Assembly: GCA_028534125.1 (NCBI GenBank) | Contig: CM052818.1 | Coordinates: 30,320,001 to 30,384,000, forward strand | Direction: 5' to 3' | DNA length: 64,000 nt | Source of the DNA: Lama glama | Lineage: Eukaryota | Part shown: one piece after another, positions 13,011-25,860 of the stretch | Layout: the number at the start of each line of letters is the position of its first letter | Position numbering within the stretch: the stretch's first letter is position 1 | Translations under genes and position numbers: made by a program | The notes under the pieces: generated by a model | Databases searched by the model: none | What the model was told of the DNA's origin: nothing | What the model saw: only the letters and a program-made list of their open reading frames with translations

Positions 13011-13613
13011 CTTTGGAAGCATAGTAAAGACATGTCTCCAAGCTACACAGTTGAGGGCAAAGTTAGAAATTTAATGCTGATGAGGTGTGTCTTATAGTCT
13101 CTTTCAGCAAGGAATAACTTACTTAGGTAGGAGTGACATTTTCAGTAAGGTGATACTACGATTTTGATTTATATCTGCAGATCTATATGGTTGAATAGGA
13201 AAAACCTGGAAATATTGGGATCTCTGTATATAATAGTTTTTGCAAGTATGAATTTCATCAAAGTTTTACTGGTTATTCAGCTAACTCATGTTAATCTGCC
13301 CATGTCTTCTTAGTGATATTTTAACATTTCAGTAAGTACTAATTGAGTAATCTTTTTTAAAGCATCAGTAATTTTATCTTAACAGTTTTTCACCAGCAAT
13401 TCACATCAGAGCCACTTGTGGAACTTTTCATATATATACAAAGTATAAATATAAATTACGTCTCTGCATTATATATCTCTGTATTATATATCTCTGCATG
13501 CCTGTACCCTGGAGAGCCTGATTTAACTAGGATAGAGCATGGGCTTCTGAATTTGACAAAAATTCTGAGGCACTCTGATACCACCTCTGGTTAATGACCA
13601 CTCAGAAGTAATT

Positions 13614-13765
13614 CAGCACAGGGAACTATATTCAACATCTTGTAATACCTATAATGGAAAAGAGTATGAAAAAGAGTATACAAATATGTATGTAACTGAA
13701 TAACTATGCTGTACACCAGAAACTAACAACATTGTAAACTGACTACACTTCAATGAAAAAAACAT
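13614..13765 (+). mobile_element. Short L1 3' end
   Basis: AGCACAGGGAACTATATTCAA...CATTGTAAACTGACTACACTTCAAT plus A-tail; similar flanks AAGTAATTCAGC and AAGTACTCAGC. Confidence 0.75.
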
Positions 13766-15491
13766 AAGTACTCAGCCTAGGGCTGCATTACTTCTGGTGT
13801 TCTATTGAATTATCTTGAAAATAGGACTTAAATTACTTAATCTTAAAATTGATACTTTTTTCAGTAAGAGCTGAGAAGGGGTGTCTTTTGCTGGCATTGC
13901 ACATCCTACTTCTGAGCACTTAGCATGTGCCAGGCACCAAGCTAAATACTTTACATTAATTGTCATTTAATCCTCAAAAACCCTGTGGAGTAGGTTTACT
14001 TTTAATATCTCACTTTTATGTGAGGAATGTGAGATTGGGTTAACTTGCTTAAGGTTACAGGGGAAGTAAGTTTGGGGCAGGCATTCAAACACAGCTTAAT
14101 ACTATATTAACTCCCTGCCCTTAATGCTATAGTACCCTCTGCTATAATGCTCTCAGGTGCGCTTAAAACCTTTCTTTTGATGTGTATGGGGGCGGGAATC
14201 AGTCTAGCCTTATGTGTGTTGGTAGAAGCCCTCTTATCTGGCTGGCAGATGAAAAAATGAGTTGTAGTAAGGAATCATAAATGACACTGAACAGTCTTTT
14301 TTTAAAAATAAAAATACTGATCTATATTAACTTGGTAATATTTTAGTTTCAGCCTTTGCTCTGGATTTGGGTTCTTTGTATCATCATTTGGGAATTTTGT
14401 ATCATCATTTTTCCACAAACCACTTGAATAATGTATGGTCTACACATTTCAGTTTCACATTTTTTGGAAGCCGAGTAAGATCTTAGGTATTTAAGATCTT
14501 AATGTCTTAAGGAATTAAGTGCAGAATGCTACACTTTTTTCATGATTTTTTTTCTCCCGCCTTTAGTCTTATCTGCTTCTAATTTGAAGTTTGGTTTTTT
14601 TTTTTTTGAGTCCAAAGCATTCCACCTAATTTTGTACTAACACCTTTTGTATTATGTGTTAGTATTTCATTGATTAATGTAACATTTATTAAATTATATA
14701 ATGGCAGTACCTTGTACAACTGGTATAAACAGATTGGAGAACATGATTGACCCTTGTTACGCACATAAACCTGGTAGGAGAGTGCAATAGTGTAAGTTTC
14801 TTAAAAAGGGTAGCCTACCTGCTTCAGAAGTTCAGCTTGTGGTGGGCATGGTTCAATGTACTTTACTATGGGAATGGAGAGCATCACTTACTGCAGTGAC
14901 TTAAACAGAAATCAGTTAAGAAAGCTTCCACTATACTTTGATGAGGTATTTCATGTGTAGCTCACAATTATAGAAATAATTCCTACCCCTTGCTTAATCA
15001 GGAAGATAATGTTTAGTAAACAAACACAGAAATTGAGTAAAAAATGCTGTATCCTATAAGTGAATTCTTGAATTAGGTTGGTAGGTGAGTAAGTGGGAGG
15101 ACCAGTAGAGTAAATCAGGAATAGATTCCTAGAGGATATAGAGTCCTTTAACTGAAAAAATGGAAACATAGTTTTGATAGAAGGAGATTGTCTACCTAAT
15201 TCTGATGAACCTATAGGAAGAATATTGAATCTTTGTTTAAATCTCATTTAGGAGAAGATATTAAGAGATTTTAAGATTTATAACTTCCCATTAGCAACAT
15301 GATAGAATGGTTGTAGGGATAGCATAAAATACTGTAGCCAGATATGTTCCTGGATTGGATTCCAAAAAAAGGCATTAACAAATTGGAGCCCTGATACACA
15401 TTGTCAAGCTGTAGCAATGAGGGACAAATGATGGAAGATATAAATGACTATCACTGAAAATCCACTTGTTTAAAATCTCTGGATTTGAGAT

Positions 15492-15631
15492 GGGGAGGGT
15501 ATAGCTCAGTGGTAGAGTGGGTGCTTAGTATTCACAAGGTCCTGGGTTCAATCCCCAGAACCTCCATTAAAAACAAAACAAAACAAAACAAAAAAACAAC
15601 TAATTACCTCCCTCTGCAAAAAAAACAAAAG
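15492..15631 (+). mobile_element. tRNA-derived SINE, camelid vic-1-like
   Basis: GGGGAGGGTATAGCTCAGTGGTAGAG...GGTTCAATCCCCAG, (AAAAC)n linker, CTAATTACCTCCC, A-tail; imperfect flanking direct repeat. Confidence 0.85.
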
Positions 15632-18600
15632 AAACTCTGAGTTTGAATTAGGGAAAGTAATATAATTGTGGAAAACAGGTCACCAGAGATAAAAGGGCAG
15701 TCAGTAATGAGTAAGAATTAAAAAAAAGAAAAAAGCAAAACTTTAAATCTTTAGACTCATTTAATTTCTGGGAATCCTAAATAATATTAACAAATTTTAA
15801 AAAAGATTTATGAACAAAATTTATTCCAAAAAAATTGGAAATGAACAAGTAAGTTTTCATCTTGTAAGAATCATTAAGTATGTGAAGTACCTAGCCCAGT
15901 GTCAGGTACATAGTAGGTGTTTAATAAATGTTACCTATTAAATTTGGTTTCTAAAGGAAAAAAGGTCAAAATCAACTGATAACTAGGCTAGAGTACCAGC
16001 GTTAATTGAAATCAAAAGAGCACCTTTATGCTGATTTTGTGAAGACTAACAGATATAACAGTGTAGGTATTTTCTGACACAGAATTAACTCAAGAAATTA
16101 TAATTTCCTCTTTTATCTTCCCTTAAAGGTCAGGTTTGATGCCAAAAGTAATTTGAAAGAGAGAAAATAACAAAATATAGCAAGTATTGTAGAATCATTT
16201 TTGACAAAACATTTTGGTTATTTCCCCCAGTTTTAATTACAGAAACTCTTTTTTCTTTTTTGCATTTGGAAAAAACCTGATTAAGATGATTATCATTTTA
16301 AAGTTCTACATAATGAGGCCATTTTTAATATAACATTAACTAGTAGCCGTTGTTCTCATACATATAAAAATAATATAAACAGATTTTATGTAAACACACA
16401 CACACAAAGAGCACCTTTATCCTAAACTCTTCTCTCAACCTCAGTTTGTTCAAAAGCCTCTGGTATCTAGAATATTTTTCTGATATAGGGCTTTCTATAA
16501 TTAGAGGGTTCCTCAAGCTGTCAATTGTGCAGAAGTAAAATCTAAAAATGGTCAATTTAATATTGCCATGAGGACTCCAAAAATCAAGTCCAGTTAGTTA
16601 TTTAATAAATAATAAATTTAGCATTTTTTGTTACAGGCAGTATATATATATGGCACAAGATTCAAAAGACAGACAAAAATGTACATTGAAAAGGTTAAAT
16701 CTTTTGTCCATCCTTGTCCCTCAGCCACTCCATTATGGTTACCAGTTTGTTGCTTCCTTCTAGAAGTATTCCATGTGTATGCAAGTGTGTGAGAATGTAA
16801 GTGTCTGTTTTTACATAAATGGCAGCATACTTACACATTGTTCTGCAATTTGCTTTTTTGTTTTTTTTGGAGTACTTTCCATACCGATAGCACCACCTTA
16901 TTCTTTTCAATGGGTGGATATGTATGGATATACACTGATTTAACAAGTCTCATTGATGGACATTGTGGATGTTTCTAGTTGTTTGCTAGTACATACAGAT
17001 TGATGCAGTGACTACCTGACATGCTATTTCAGAAGATATTTTGAGTTATTAATGTTGGGTTCTGGGTGCCTTATTTATTGAAATCAAAAGAGCACCCTCT
17101 ATTAGTGAAGATTTTCTCCTTGCCTTTTGCTATGGATGATGTTTATGAAGTGTCAAACGCACATCCCTGGTGGACAATAATGGAAATTCTTAATAATGAC
17201 ATGGGAATTCTACAGTATTATTAAAACAGGCTTCTTCTGGGATATGAAGTGAGTATTTTGCATTATATGGATTTTCCTTAATTTAGGGGATATGGATAAG
17301 TGAAGAGTTTCAATTTATTTCTTTCAAGAGTCTATCCTTGAATAAGGTAGCCAGAATAAGATGGACAGGAGGAGGAATGATGGGATATATTAAGAGCATT
17401 CTAGAGATAACAGAGGATCCTCTAACCTTTCACTTGGCTTGGCATTGTGGTGTTTGCTGAGTTTGATCAGTAAGAAAAATCCTTTGGGGGAAAGAAGCCT
17501 CCAACTGAGTATTTTAATAGGCAGGAAGCTTAATTTTAGATTAGATTACTAGTTTGGAATAAGACCTAGGATTGTTGCTAGGAGCAGCTAGGAGCAGAGG
17601 ATAATGATAAACATCTACAAAGAAGAGCTTATAAATTGTTCTCATGTGCCCTACTTAATGATTCTCTCAGCAAGCCTGTGAGTTAGGTATTTCTTCTGTT
17701 TGCGTTTGACAGATAAGAAAACTGAGGCTTGAAAATGTTAAATTACTACATATCCATGATCACACAGCTGATGAGTGACGAAGCTGTCAGTGCTGTCACA
17801 CCATATGAACCATTACCTTTTCTTGAAATTTACAATGAAAAGTTTACCATTTCATCAGTTATCACTGAGTTTTGGTACTCCAGGAAGAGTACCATGGAAT
17901 CAACTCCAGCCCTCTTTTTCTGTTGTCCCTAAATTGACTACCTGGAGTGTCCTTTTTCTTCTTTTCCTGGCTGCATAATCTCTTAATATTTTGGCAGGTT
18001 TAGTGGTGAAGTGAGAGAGTTAAAAATTGAGTAAAGAAATATATAGAGTGGAGAGCCCTTTTCTTCTTTCCTTTTTTCTTTCAGTTTAAAAACCATGTAG
18101 AAAAAGGTGTGAAAAGTCAGAAGTGTTCCAGTTATTGCCCAGGTTTAGGACTGGGATCTCACACAAGATCCTTGGGCCTTAAAGTTGAAAAAGGTCAGGG
18201 GGAGGGGTAGAAACAGGATAGTACCTTAAAAATCTATTATGACACTAGGAAAACTTGAAATTAAGCAGCCAGTTGTTTCCTTTGGATTCTACCAGAGATC
18301 TGTTTAGTGTGAAATTCGGGCATAACAATATTATGGTTTTAATAACCTGCCCCCCCACCCCCGGCTTTCATTGAAGCTGGGCAACTTTCTCTCTTCCCAG
18401 TTTTGATATGGTTTACTTCATAACAACATTTCCTTTCCTCGGAGGTCCAAGATACTCTACTTTGCTGTGATTCTTGTATAATACATTAAAGTAATTCTTT
18501 CTTCCTGACCTTATGTGGAATACTGGGATTTAAAAGATAATGGAAGGTTGGAAATAATGTTTGTTGTATGCCTACTCTATCAGGTTCTTTACATTTATTG

Positions 18601-19029
18601 ACTCATAATCTTACGAACACACCTAGAGTATTGTTATGCCCATTTTATAGATGAGAATAACTGAGGCTAGGTATATCACACTAGTTTAGTTACAGAGTTA
18701 AGACAGGCACTTACATAAATATAACTTGAGACAAGGTAACTGTTTACAGTGTCACAGCTACGATTAGGTGGTAAGAGTGGCCCTGTGAAGCAAACACTAG
18801 CATTTGCAGGACCACAGACACACTACCACGTGCCCGCTTCTACAAATGAACTTCCCAACGTGGCCACAGCCTTGGGTCCCTAGGAGTGAAAACCCTGGGG
18901 GTGAGCATCCACTAAGGACTCCTAGGTATGGTGTGGAAGATGACAGGACTTTCCTGGTGGAAAGCCGCATTTGCATGCCGTCGGTGCTCTTCATTTAAGG
19001 AAGTTTGCTGGGGGAGGGGGCTTACCCTG

Positions 19030-19177
19030 CGGCTGCGTCCTGCTCCGCTCGCCCTCCCCCTCCCAGCCTCTGCTGCCTCTAAACCCCGGAGAGCGGAGCA
19101 CGCACGTTGAGATTCCTCGGCGGGCCTGGCAGCGGCTGCTGGGCATGCTCAGTGGGCAGGACCCGTTAGAGTGGCGA
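19030..19177 (+). other. MEMO1: Candidate MEMO1 upstream non-coding exon (start approximate)
   Basis: Donor-like CGA|GTAAGG at 19178 and an acceptor CATAG|GCGG (AG at 19864-19865) 17 nt before the ATG. Inferred from splice signals only. Confidence 0.45.
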
Positions 19178-19882
19178 GTAAGGAAGCGTTGGCTCTTCTC
19201 CGGGTCTGCCTTCCCCGGTTCAGGCCCCGGCCCTGGGCTTTTGTGTGCGCGGGGCTGCAGCCGCCGCTGCCTCCTCGCGGGGCCGCCCGACCCCAGATGC
19301 CGTCTGGCCTGTCCGGTGTCCGCCGTTAACCTCGCCGCGCGGCCGGAGGAGGAGCGGGGCGGGGCGGGGCCGGCGGGCCGGCGGCCGGGCAAGCAGGAGG
19401 GCCCCGCCGGGGTGGGGGTGGGTGCGGGGAGTCCCGCGGGGGGTGGGGGGAGGGGGCGGGCGTGGAGTCACGGGGGTGGGGTCACCGGCGGTGGCTCGGG
19501 GAGGCCGACCGGGAGGGGAGGGGGCCGTGGGGGCGGCTCGGCGGAACCAGCCCCGGCTGGGGAGCAGCGGCGACTCCGGGGGCCGGGGCCAGGGCTTTCC
19601 GGGCTTCGGTGAAGCCGCTGCGGGCCCCATCTTCCGGCGGTCGCCCGAGTTTGTGGTGATTGTTGCCGCCGCCACCACCGCCCCGGCTGCCATCTCCTCC
19701 TCCTCCCGGGCCGCCGCCTCCTCCTCTTCCTCCTCCTCCTGGGCCGGGCTGATCCCCTCCCCGCTGCCGCCTCCTCCTGGGCTGGGCCCGCGGTGTCTCG
19801 TCCCCTCGCGGAGCCGCTCCTGCCGCCGCCGCCGCCGCCTCCTCATTCATCCTCGTGCACCATAGGCGGCACAGGCACCAAG

Positions 19883-19943
19883 ATGTCCAACCGAGTGGTC
19901 TGCCGGGAAGCCAGTCACGCCGGGAGCTGGTACACAGCCTCAG
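19883..19943 (+). CDS. MEMO1: MEMO1 first coding exon (MSNRVVCREASHAGSWYTAS/G), mediator of ErbB2-driven cell motility 1
   Basis: aagATGT at 19883. Translation is the recognisable MEMO1 N-terminus. CAG|GTAGG donor, phase 1. Confidence 0.96.
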
Positions 19944-21522
19944 GTAGGGCCCCAGGCCGGCCGGCCCGCCCGCCGCCGCCGCCGCCTGGCCCCGCGCCCG
20001 GCCGGCCGAGGTCGGCGGCCCGGCCCCGCGCGGCGGCGGGAGGAACGAGGGCGCGGACGGCCGCCGACCGCGGACCGCGTGGGCAGGGAGCGGGCCGAGG
20101 CCGGCCTCGCCGCCTCCCCCACCCGGGCGGCATCCCGCGGGGCAGCCCCTGGCCGGCCGCCCTCGCGCTCTGGCCGGAGTTGGGCGAGAGGGAGAGTTGC
20201 CGCCTCGGCCGCCTGCGCCCTCCCTCGGGACCAGGCTCGAGGAAAGAATGTGCTCCCGGACCCAGCCTACTTGTCGCCGCCTTTGGCTCCCGGGAGCAGG
20301 GCGGCCGGCCGCTGCCACCCCCGGGAGCCTGGCTTGCCAGGCACCCGAGCCCCGCTTCCCCCACGAGGACCCGAGCGACCCTCCGCCCGCGGGAGGGACG
20401 CGCCTTCCTCCCCTCTCCTCCTCTAACCCGCCGGCGCCCGCGACCGGGGAGTTCTCAGCCTCCCGGGGTGCACACGCGGCCCTGCCCGCCCTCTCTGTCT
20501 TCTCCCTCTTTCCCTGGCAGTTTAGAAAGAGAGGCTGCATTTCCCCCTCACCTTTCAGGTGCTCAGTCGTCTTAAGAGGAGTGAAGGGTAGTACTTTTCC
20601 GCGTTGCCAGGACGGAGACAAGGTCTCGGCATGCGAGATCTGTGAGAGGAGGCCCTTTTCTGGGATTTGCAGCTCTGTCTGTTGGGGGTAGGGTAGGAGT
20701 ATTGCTAAGCAGAGGCTTGGGGTGGCCTCCCAGCTCTTTTGTCAGTGTTTTCATTGTTACTGTCATTCACGAAAGGGGCAGCAGGAGATGGCATCAGCAC
20801 TTTTCCTGAGCAGCCTCGCCAGTCTCCAGTCGCTCAACGCTAAGCAGGTGCTGAAGTGTCTAATGCGTTGATTCAGGTTTTGAGCGAGTTTAGTCTTCTG
20901 TCGACACTGTCCAAAAACATTTTAGAGCTCTTTTTGTACGAGGGTGTAGGGACTTCCCCTTTAATAAAGCTCTTGTTAGAACGACTGTTTTCTGGGATTA
21001 CTTTCAGGAGTCACATTTATGGTAAATTGACAAAGAAAGTTCCACTGTGATTCCTAAGAGTTTTCAGTCATTTGGTGCTGGCTTATCAATGACTGGAACC
21101 AACTCTTTAACGGGAATCGGATCATGTTTCCCTTTGCAAATAATTGGGTTGGATAGTTGACATAATTGTGAGAAAACAAAGATTTGGAAGACAATTCATT
21201 TCTCGGAGGTTGCTAAACTCTTAAATACATGCTCTTTACTGACTCACTGAAGGTTTGCTGTATTCAGACTCAAAAGAATGATGATGATTGGACTTGCAAG
21301 CCTAACAGGTAGCTGTAGTTTCATATTAAGCAAGTGACTTTTAATGTTTACAATGGCTTCCCTCATAGCCCTAAAGTACTTCATAAACATTTAATCGGTT
21401 CTCACAACCTTAAAGATCAGTTAAGCTGTCCTTGTTCAGCTTGTGGAGATGTGTGCAAGACTCTGTACAAGCCAGTGGCAGAACGGAGTCCCTGTTCCTG
21501 GGTTTGTCCTTCAGTCAGCCCA

Positions 21523-21664
21523 TTTTTTTGTTTTTTGTTTTTCTTTTTCTTGGGGGTGGGTAATTAGATTTATTTATTTTTTAAATGGAGGTACTGGGGT
21601 TTGAACCCAGGACTTTGTACATGCTACTAGACATGCAGCTCTACCACTAAGCTGTACCCTCTCC
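21523..21664 (-). mobile_element. tRNA-derived SINE, camelid vic-1-like
   Basis: Same family structure in reverse orientation, with a T-rich tail on the + strand. Confidence 0.8.
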
Positions 21665-22693
21665 TAGTGCATTATTAATATTAAATTTATCAGTGAATAA
21701 TAGTCTTTTCAGTCTGTAAATCACTCAGCTTTTTTCTTCGATGTGTTTTGGAGAGTTAAAAAGTCTCAGTTTTCACTCTCATGGCCATCTTTGGGTCAAT
21801 TTGTTTTTGCTTTTTTTTTTTGTTTTGCTTTTGTTTTCTATTCCTTTCGAAAGTATTTTAAACATTTTTTTTTTGTGGTTTGCATTGAAATGTAGGCAAA
21901 AGATTCTGGAGGAATTTTTTTTATAGACTCTTGAACATTCTTTGTATAGTAAAATAAGGTATAGTTTACACTTTGAACTTTGAAAAAACTTCTTAAGTAA
22001 TCTCATATATGAAGAATCCTTTAATTCAGCTCATTCTGTGATTAAAGTTATTTATCAAGTGAATTAAAATGGACAATTTTCTTAAAATTTTAAAATACAT
22101 TCTTATTTCCCTAGATTCTTATGAAGTCAATAACTCCATTTTGGTAATGTGAGTTGTCATGGAGAATCTTATTGTTAAAAAAATTCAGACTGTGCATGGT
22201 GCGTGTGTGTGTGTGTGTGTATGTGTGACTTTAAGTTTGAGTAATAATTAAGGGTGAATGTAAAGCAACTTAGTTATAAAAGCTTATTTTGTATTTTAAA
22301 AATGAGTAAAAATTATATGTAAGTAAACTTTGACTTGTTATAGTAAATTCTAGACCACAATATACCTATATTGGTAACACTGACGAATGGAAAAATTATT
22401 GTTTCCTTAAACTTGTCCTAAAAACATATAATAGGAGAGAGACAAATGTGCTTATGGATTGTCGTTCTGTAGTTCCTGTAGCATTTAGATTGTGTCCATA
22501 GAATAAAGTGTTCAATTACTGATATAAGGATAAAATCACATTTGCTTCAGTTATATAGTTAGTTCTAAAAAAAAGTTGTGTATACATATGTATGTTACAT
22601 ATATACAGACACATCATTTTTTATTTACCCCTTGTTATATGCTATATCTGTTGATAGGTGTATAAAGTATTCCCTGCCTGTAAAGTTTATTTG

Positions 22694-23018
22694 CTTTTTA
22701 TTTATTTTTATTGAAGTATAGTCAGTTACAATGTGTCAAATTCTTGTGTACAGCATAATACATATAGTCATACATATATATACATGTATTCATTTTCATA
22801 TTCTTTTTCACTAGAGGTTATTACAAGATATTGAATATAGTTCCCTGTACTATACAGAAGAAATTTGTTTATCTATTTTTGTATATAGTTGTTAATATTT
22901 GCAAATCAAACTCCCAAATTTATCCCTTTCCACTCTCTTTCCCCTGGTAACCATAAGATCGTTTACTATGTCTGTAAGTCTTTCTGTTTTGTAGATGAGT
23001 TCATTAGTGTCCTCAAAG
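22694..23018 (-). mobile_element. Lineage-specific L1 3' end
   Basis: Antisense L1 3'UTR; TSD AAGTTTATTTG at 22683-22693 and 23019-23029. Confidence 0.8.
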
Positions 23019-23461
23019 AAGTTTATTTGAAGTAAGTAATAACTCAGGACTGCAAATAAATGTCAGATAAGTTGAGGCAATGCTTTTTGGAGTTTGGAGG
23101 AGGGTGGAATAATTTCAAAGGATTTGAAGAAAAGGTATGCTTTGAAGGAAAGGTATTTGGGTAGGTTTGGAAAGGGGGAAAGCACATTGGAGAATAGTAC
23201 AGAGATACAGAGGCAGGTAAATGTAAGTAGGTTACTTTAATAGAAATGGAAGTTTCATAGAGGGGTGTAGTTCATGAGCCTGGTTGGAACGAGAGTATAG
23301 ATAGATGCCCATCAATGCTATGCATCGTAGGCATTTGACTTAATCAGTAGGCAGTCAGGTCCAGTGGAGAAGTTTCTGAGTAGGGGACTAATATGCGAAT
23401 AGCATTTTAGGAAAATTAATCTCATAGGAAGATTAATCCTTGCTTCTTTATGGGTGTATAG

Positions 23462-23668
23462 CAGGGATCAGCAAACTCATTGTGCCTGTGGCCCAAATCA
23501 AGCCTGTGGCCTTTTTTTTTTTTTTGTAAAGTCCAGTAGCAAAGAATGGTTTTTAATTTTTAAAGGGTTTAAAAACAAATACCAAGAAGTGCAATAGAGA
23601 CTGTGGCCTGTAAACCCTAAAATACTTAATATTTAGCCCTTTACAGAAAAAAATTTGTCGACCCGTAG
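23462..23668. mobile_element. MER58-like hAT-Charlie MITE
   Basis: CAGGGATCAGCAAACT start and CCCTTTACAGAAAAAAATTTGTCGACCC end. Confidence 0.7.
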
Positions 23669-24426
23669 TGTAGATTAGTGGTTTGCAAAATGTAATCGCT
23701 GGGCCAGTGGCATAATGTGTCTATCTATACTCTGTTGTTTTTCTGTATGTGTTGTATCTTTCACTTCATTATTTCAGACCTTATCATATTCCGTCTGGAC
23801 AGTTATAACTGCCTCCTAAACGCCCTTCTTTCTGTCAGCCTTATCCCCCTTAAGTTCATTCTCTACATTGCTCTCGGAATAATCTATCTGACTACATAAC
23901 TTCTTTGCAGAAACCTCACTGACCCATCTTGACTGTTAGATAAGGTGTAAGTCCCTTCATGACTTGGCATCTTCCTGTCTCTTTGGCCACTTCCCCCAAC
24001 CCCATCCCAGTTCTTGTTTTTACTACCCTTAAGCAACGTCTAGCAACTGTTCATTGTTTCTTTAAATACACTGCAGTTTCTTATCACTGTGTCTTTATGC
24101 AGTCTGTCTCCTCTGGTGGAATGTACTTTGCTAGAATAACCCCTTCTCATCTTTTAAGCACTCAGGTGTTGATACCTCCTAGAAGCCTTCCCTGGCACTT
24201 TACCTCCCCCTGGCTGTTCTTGATGTTCCTTGGTGTTCCTGTAATACCCTGTGTGTATCTCTATACGTTTACCTTCTTATTTGTTTTATGTGGTCTTCTA
24301 TAAGGTTATGAACTCCTGGAAGCCGGGGACTATGTCTTACTCATTTTTTATACCCTAAGTTCTTAGCACAAGTTTTGTACATAATAGATATTCAATAAGT
24401 ATCTGAATAAGCCAGTTTAAAAAAAA

Positions 24427-24578
24427 TTTTTTTGTACAATTTATTTTTATTTATTTATTTTGGGGGAGGTAACAAGGTTAATTAACTTATTTATTTTTAG
24501 AGGAGGTACTGGGGTTTGAACCCAGGACCTTTTGCACACTAAGCATGCGCTTTACCACTTGAGCTATGCCCTCGCCCC
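24427..24578 (-). mobile_element. tRNA-derived SINE, camelid vic-1-like
   Basis: Same family structure in reverse orientation. Confidence 0.8.
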
Positions 24579-24769
24579 TGAACAAGTGAATGTTAAAATA
24601 TTTGGCATGTAGGTATGTAGGTATGGACAGAGATATTGATGTTTAAATCCTGAAGAGCATTGCGGGTGATATGGGACCATTGTTAATCAAGTCTCTGAGT
24701 GTAGTATAGGTGAAGAATCTTGGTGGTAGGAAGGGATTAGAAATCCTGATTCACTAGCTGGCGACCTCA

Positions 24770-25860
24770 TTTAATATAAGATTCTTAAGGAAGTGTGCCA
24801 TACTTATAGAAAAGTGTACAGCTAGATGAATTTACACAAAATAAGCATATCAATGTAATCAGCATCAGCTCAATAAACATCAGTTCAGGAATTTGCAACT
24901 ACGATGTTCCTTGTATTCTAACTGTAGAAAAGTTTTGTCTGTTTTTGAACTCTATGTAAGCGGAATTATATAGTGTAACTTGTTTGAGCTTCTTTTGCTC
25001 AACATTACATTTATGAGATTAATCCATGTTGTATTGTAGTTTGTTTATTCTTGTATTCTATTCTGTGAATAAAACACAGTTTATGTATTCTACTTTTGAT
25101 GGACATTTGGGTTGTTTACAGTTTTGCTGCTTTGAACATTTTTGTGTTCTTTTTCCTGATGATGAACATATGTATGCATTTTTGTTGGGTTTGTACCTTA
25201 AGTGGAATTATTAGGTCATGCTTATGGCTATGGTATGTTCAGTTTTAGCAGATTATGCTAAAGTTTTGCAAAATGGTTTTACAAATTTATACTCCCACCA
25301 ACAGTGCCTTAGAGAATTCCAGTGTTCCATATCTTTGCCAACACTTGGTATTGTCATTCTTTTTATTTTTAGTTATTCTGGAAGGGTGTATAGTGCTATC
25401 ACATTGTAGTTTTGATTTGATTTTCCTGATGACTAATGAAGTTGAGCACCTTTTCGTATTAGGGGCCCCAAGTTTTATTAGCCATTTGGACTTACTCTTT
25501 TGTGAAGTCTTTTGCCCTTTTTCTACTACAGTATTTACTTTTCTATATTGGTTGGTACTTCTTTATATATTATGGATATAGTCTTTATAGTCTTTCTAGA
25601 TACATGTATTGCAGTTACCTTCTACTCTGTAGCTTTTTCAAGATCTTGGTGTCTTGGTGAATCAGAGTCCTTAATGGTAAAGAAGTCCAGTTTATCAACT
25701 GATTAGTGTTCTTCTGTTTCCGTGTATGAAATCTCTACGTAGCTCAGTGCCGTGAAGTTAACTTTCTTGTTTTCTTTGAAAAGCTTTATCTTTTCACTTT
25801 CCATACTAAGATCAGTAATTCATCAGGTTGATAACTGTGTCCGTATGAAGTAGTTTTATG
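24770..25860 (-). mobile_element. Old L1 (L1MC/ME-type) 3' fragment
   Basis: Antisense ORF2-end phrases (GATGGACATTTGGGTTGTTT, ACTCCCACCAACAGTG, GATGACTAATGAAGTTGAGCACCTTTTC). Confidence 0.65.

Larger units (their letters stand above)
18800..20480 (+). promoter_or_regulatory. MEMO1: MEMO1 CpG island / promoter
   Basis: Extremely GC/CpG-rich. GC boxes (GGGGCGGGGC at about 19356-19370), E-box CACGTG at 18827-18832, octamer ATTTGCAT at 18969-18976. Surrounds the MEMO1 start-codon exon. Confidence 0.85.

Noticed and set aside
15492..15565. tRNA-Ala-like sequence (also at about 1.5, 21.6 and 24.5 kb)
   Set aside because: Stems are broken and each copy carries the SINE-specific tail and A-rich end, so these are SINEs, not tRNA genes.
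17110..17470. Exon-like segments with GTGAGT/GTAAG donors in the intergenic region
   Set aside because: No recognisable protein could be assembled, and such signals occur by chance; transcript data would be needed.
18971..20691. Many long overlapping ORFs (up to 379 aa) on both strands
   Set aside because: Low-complexity Gly/Pro/Arg/Ala translations expected from a stop-poor CpG island; only 19883-19943 matches a known protein.
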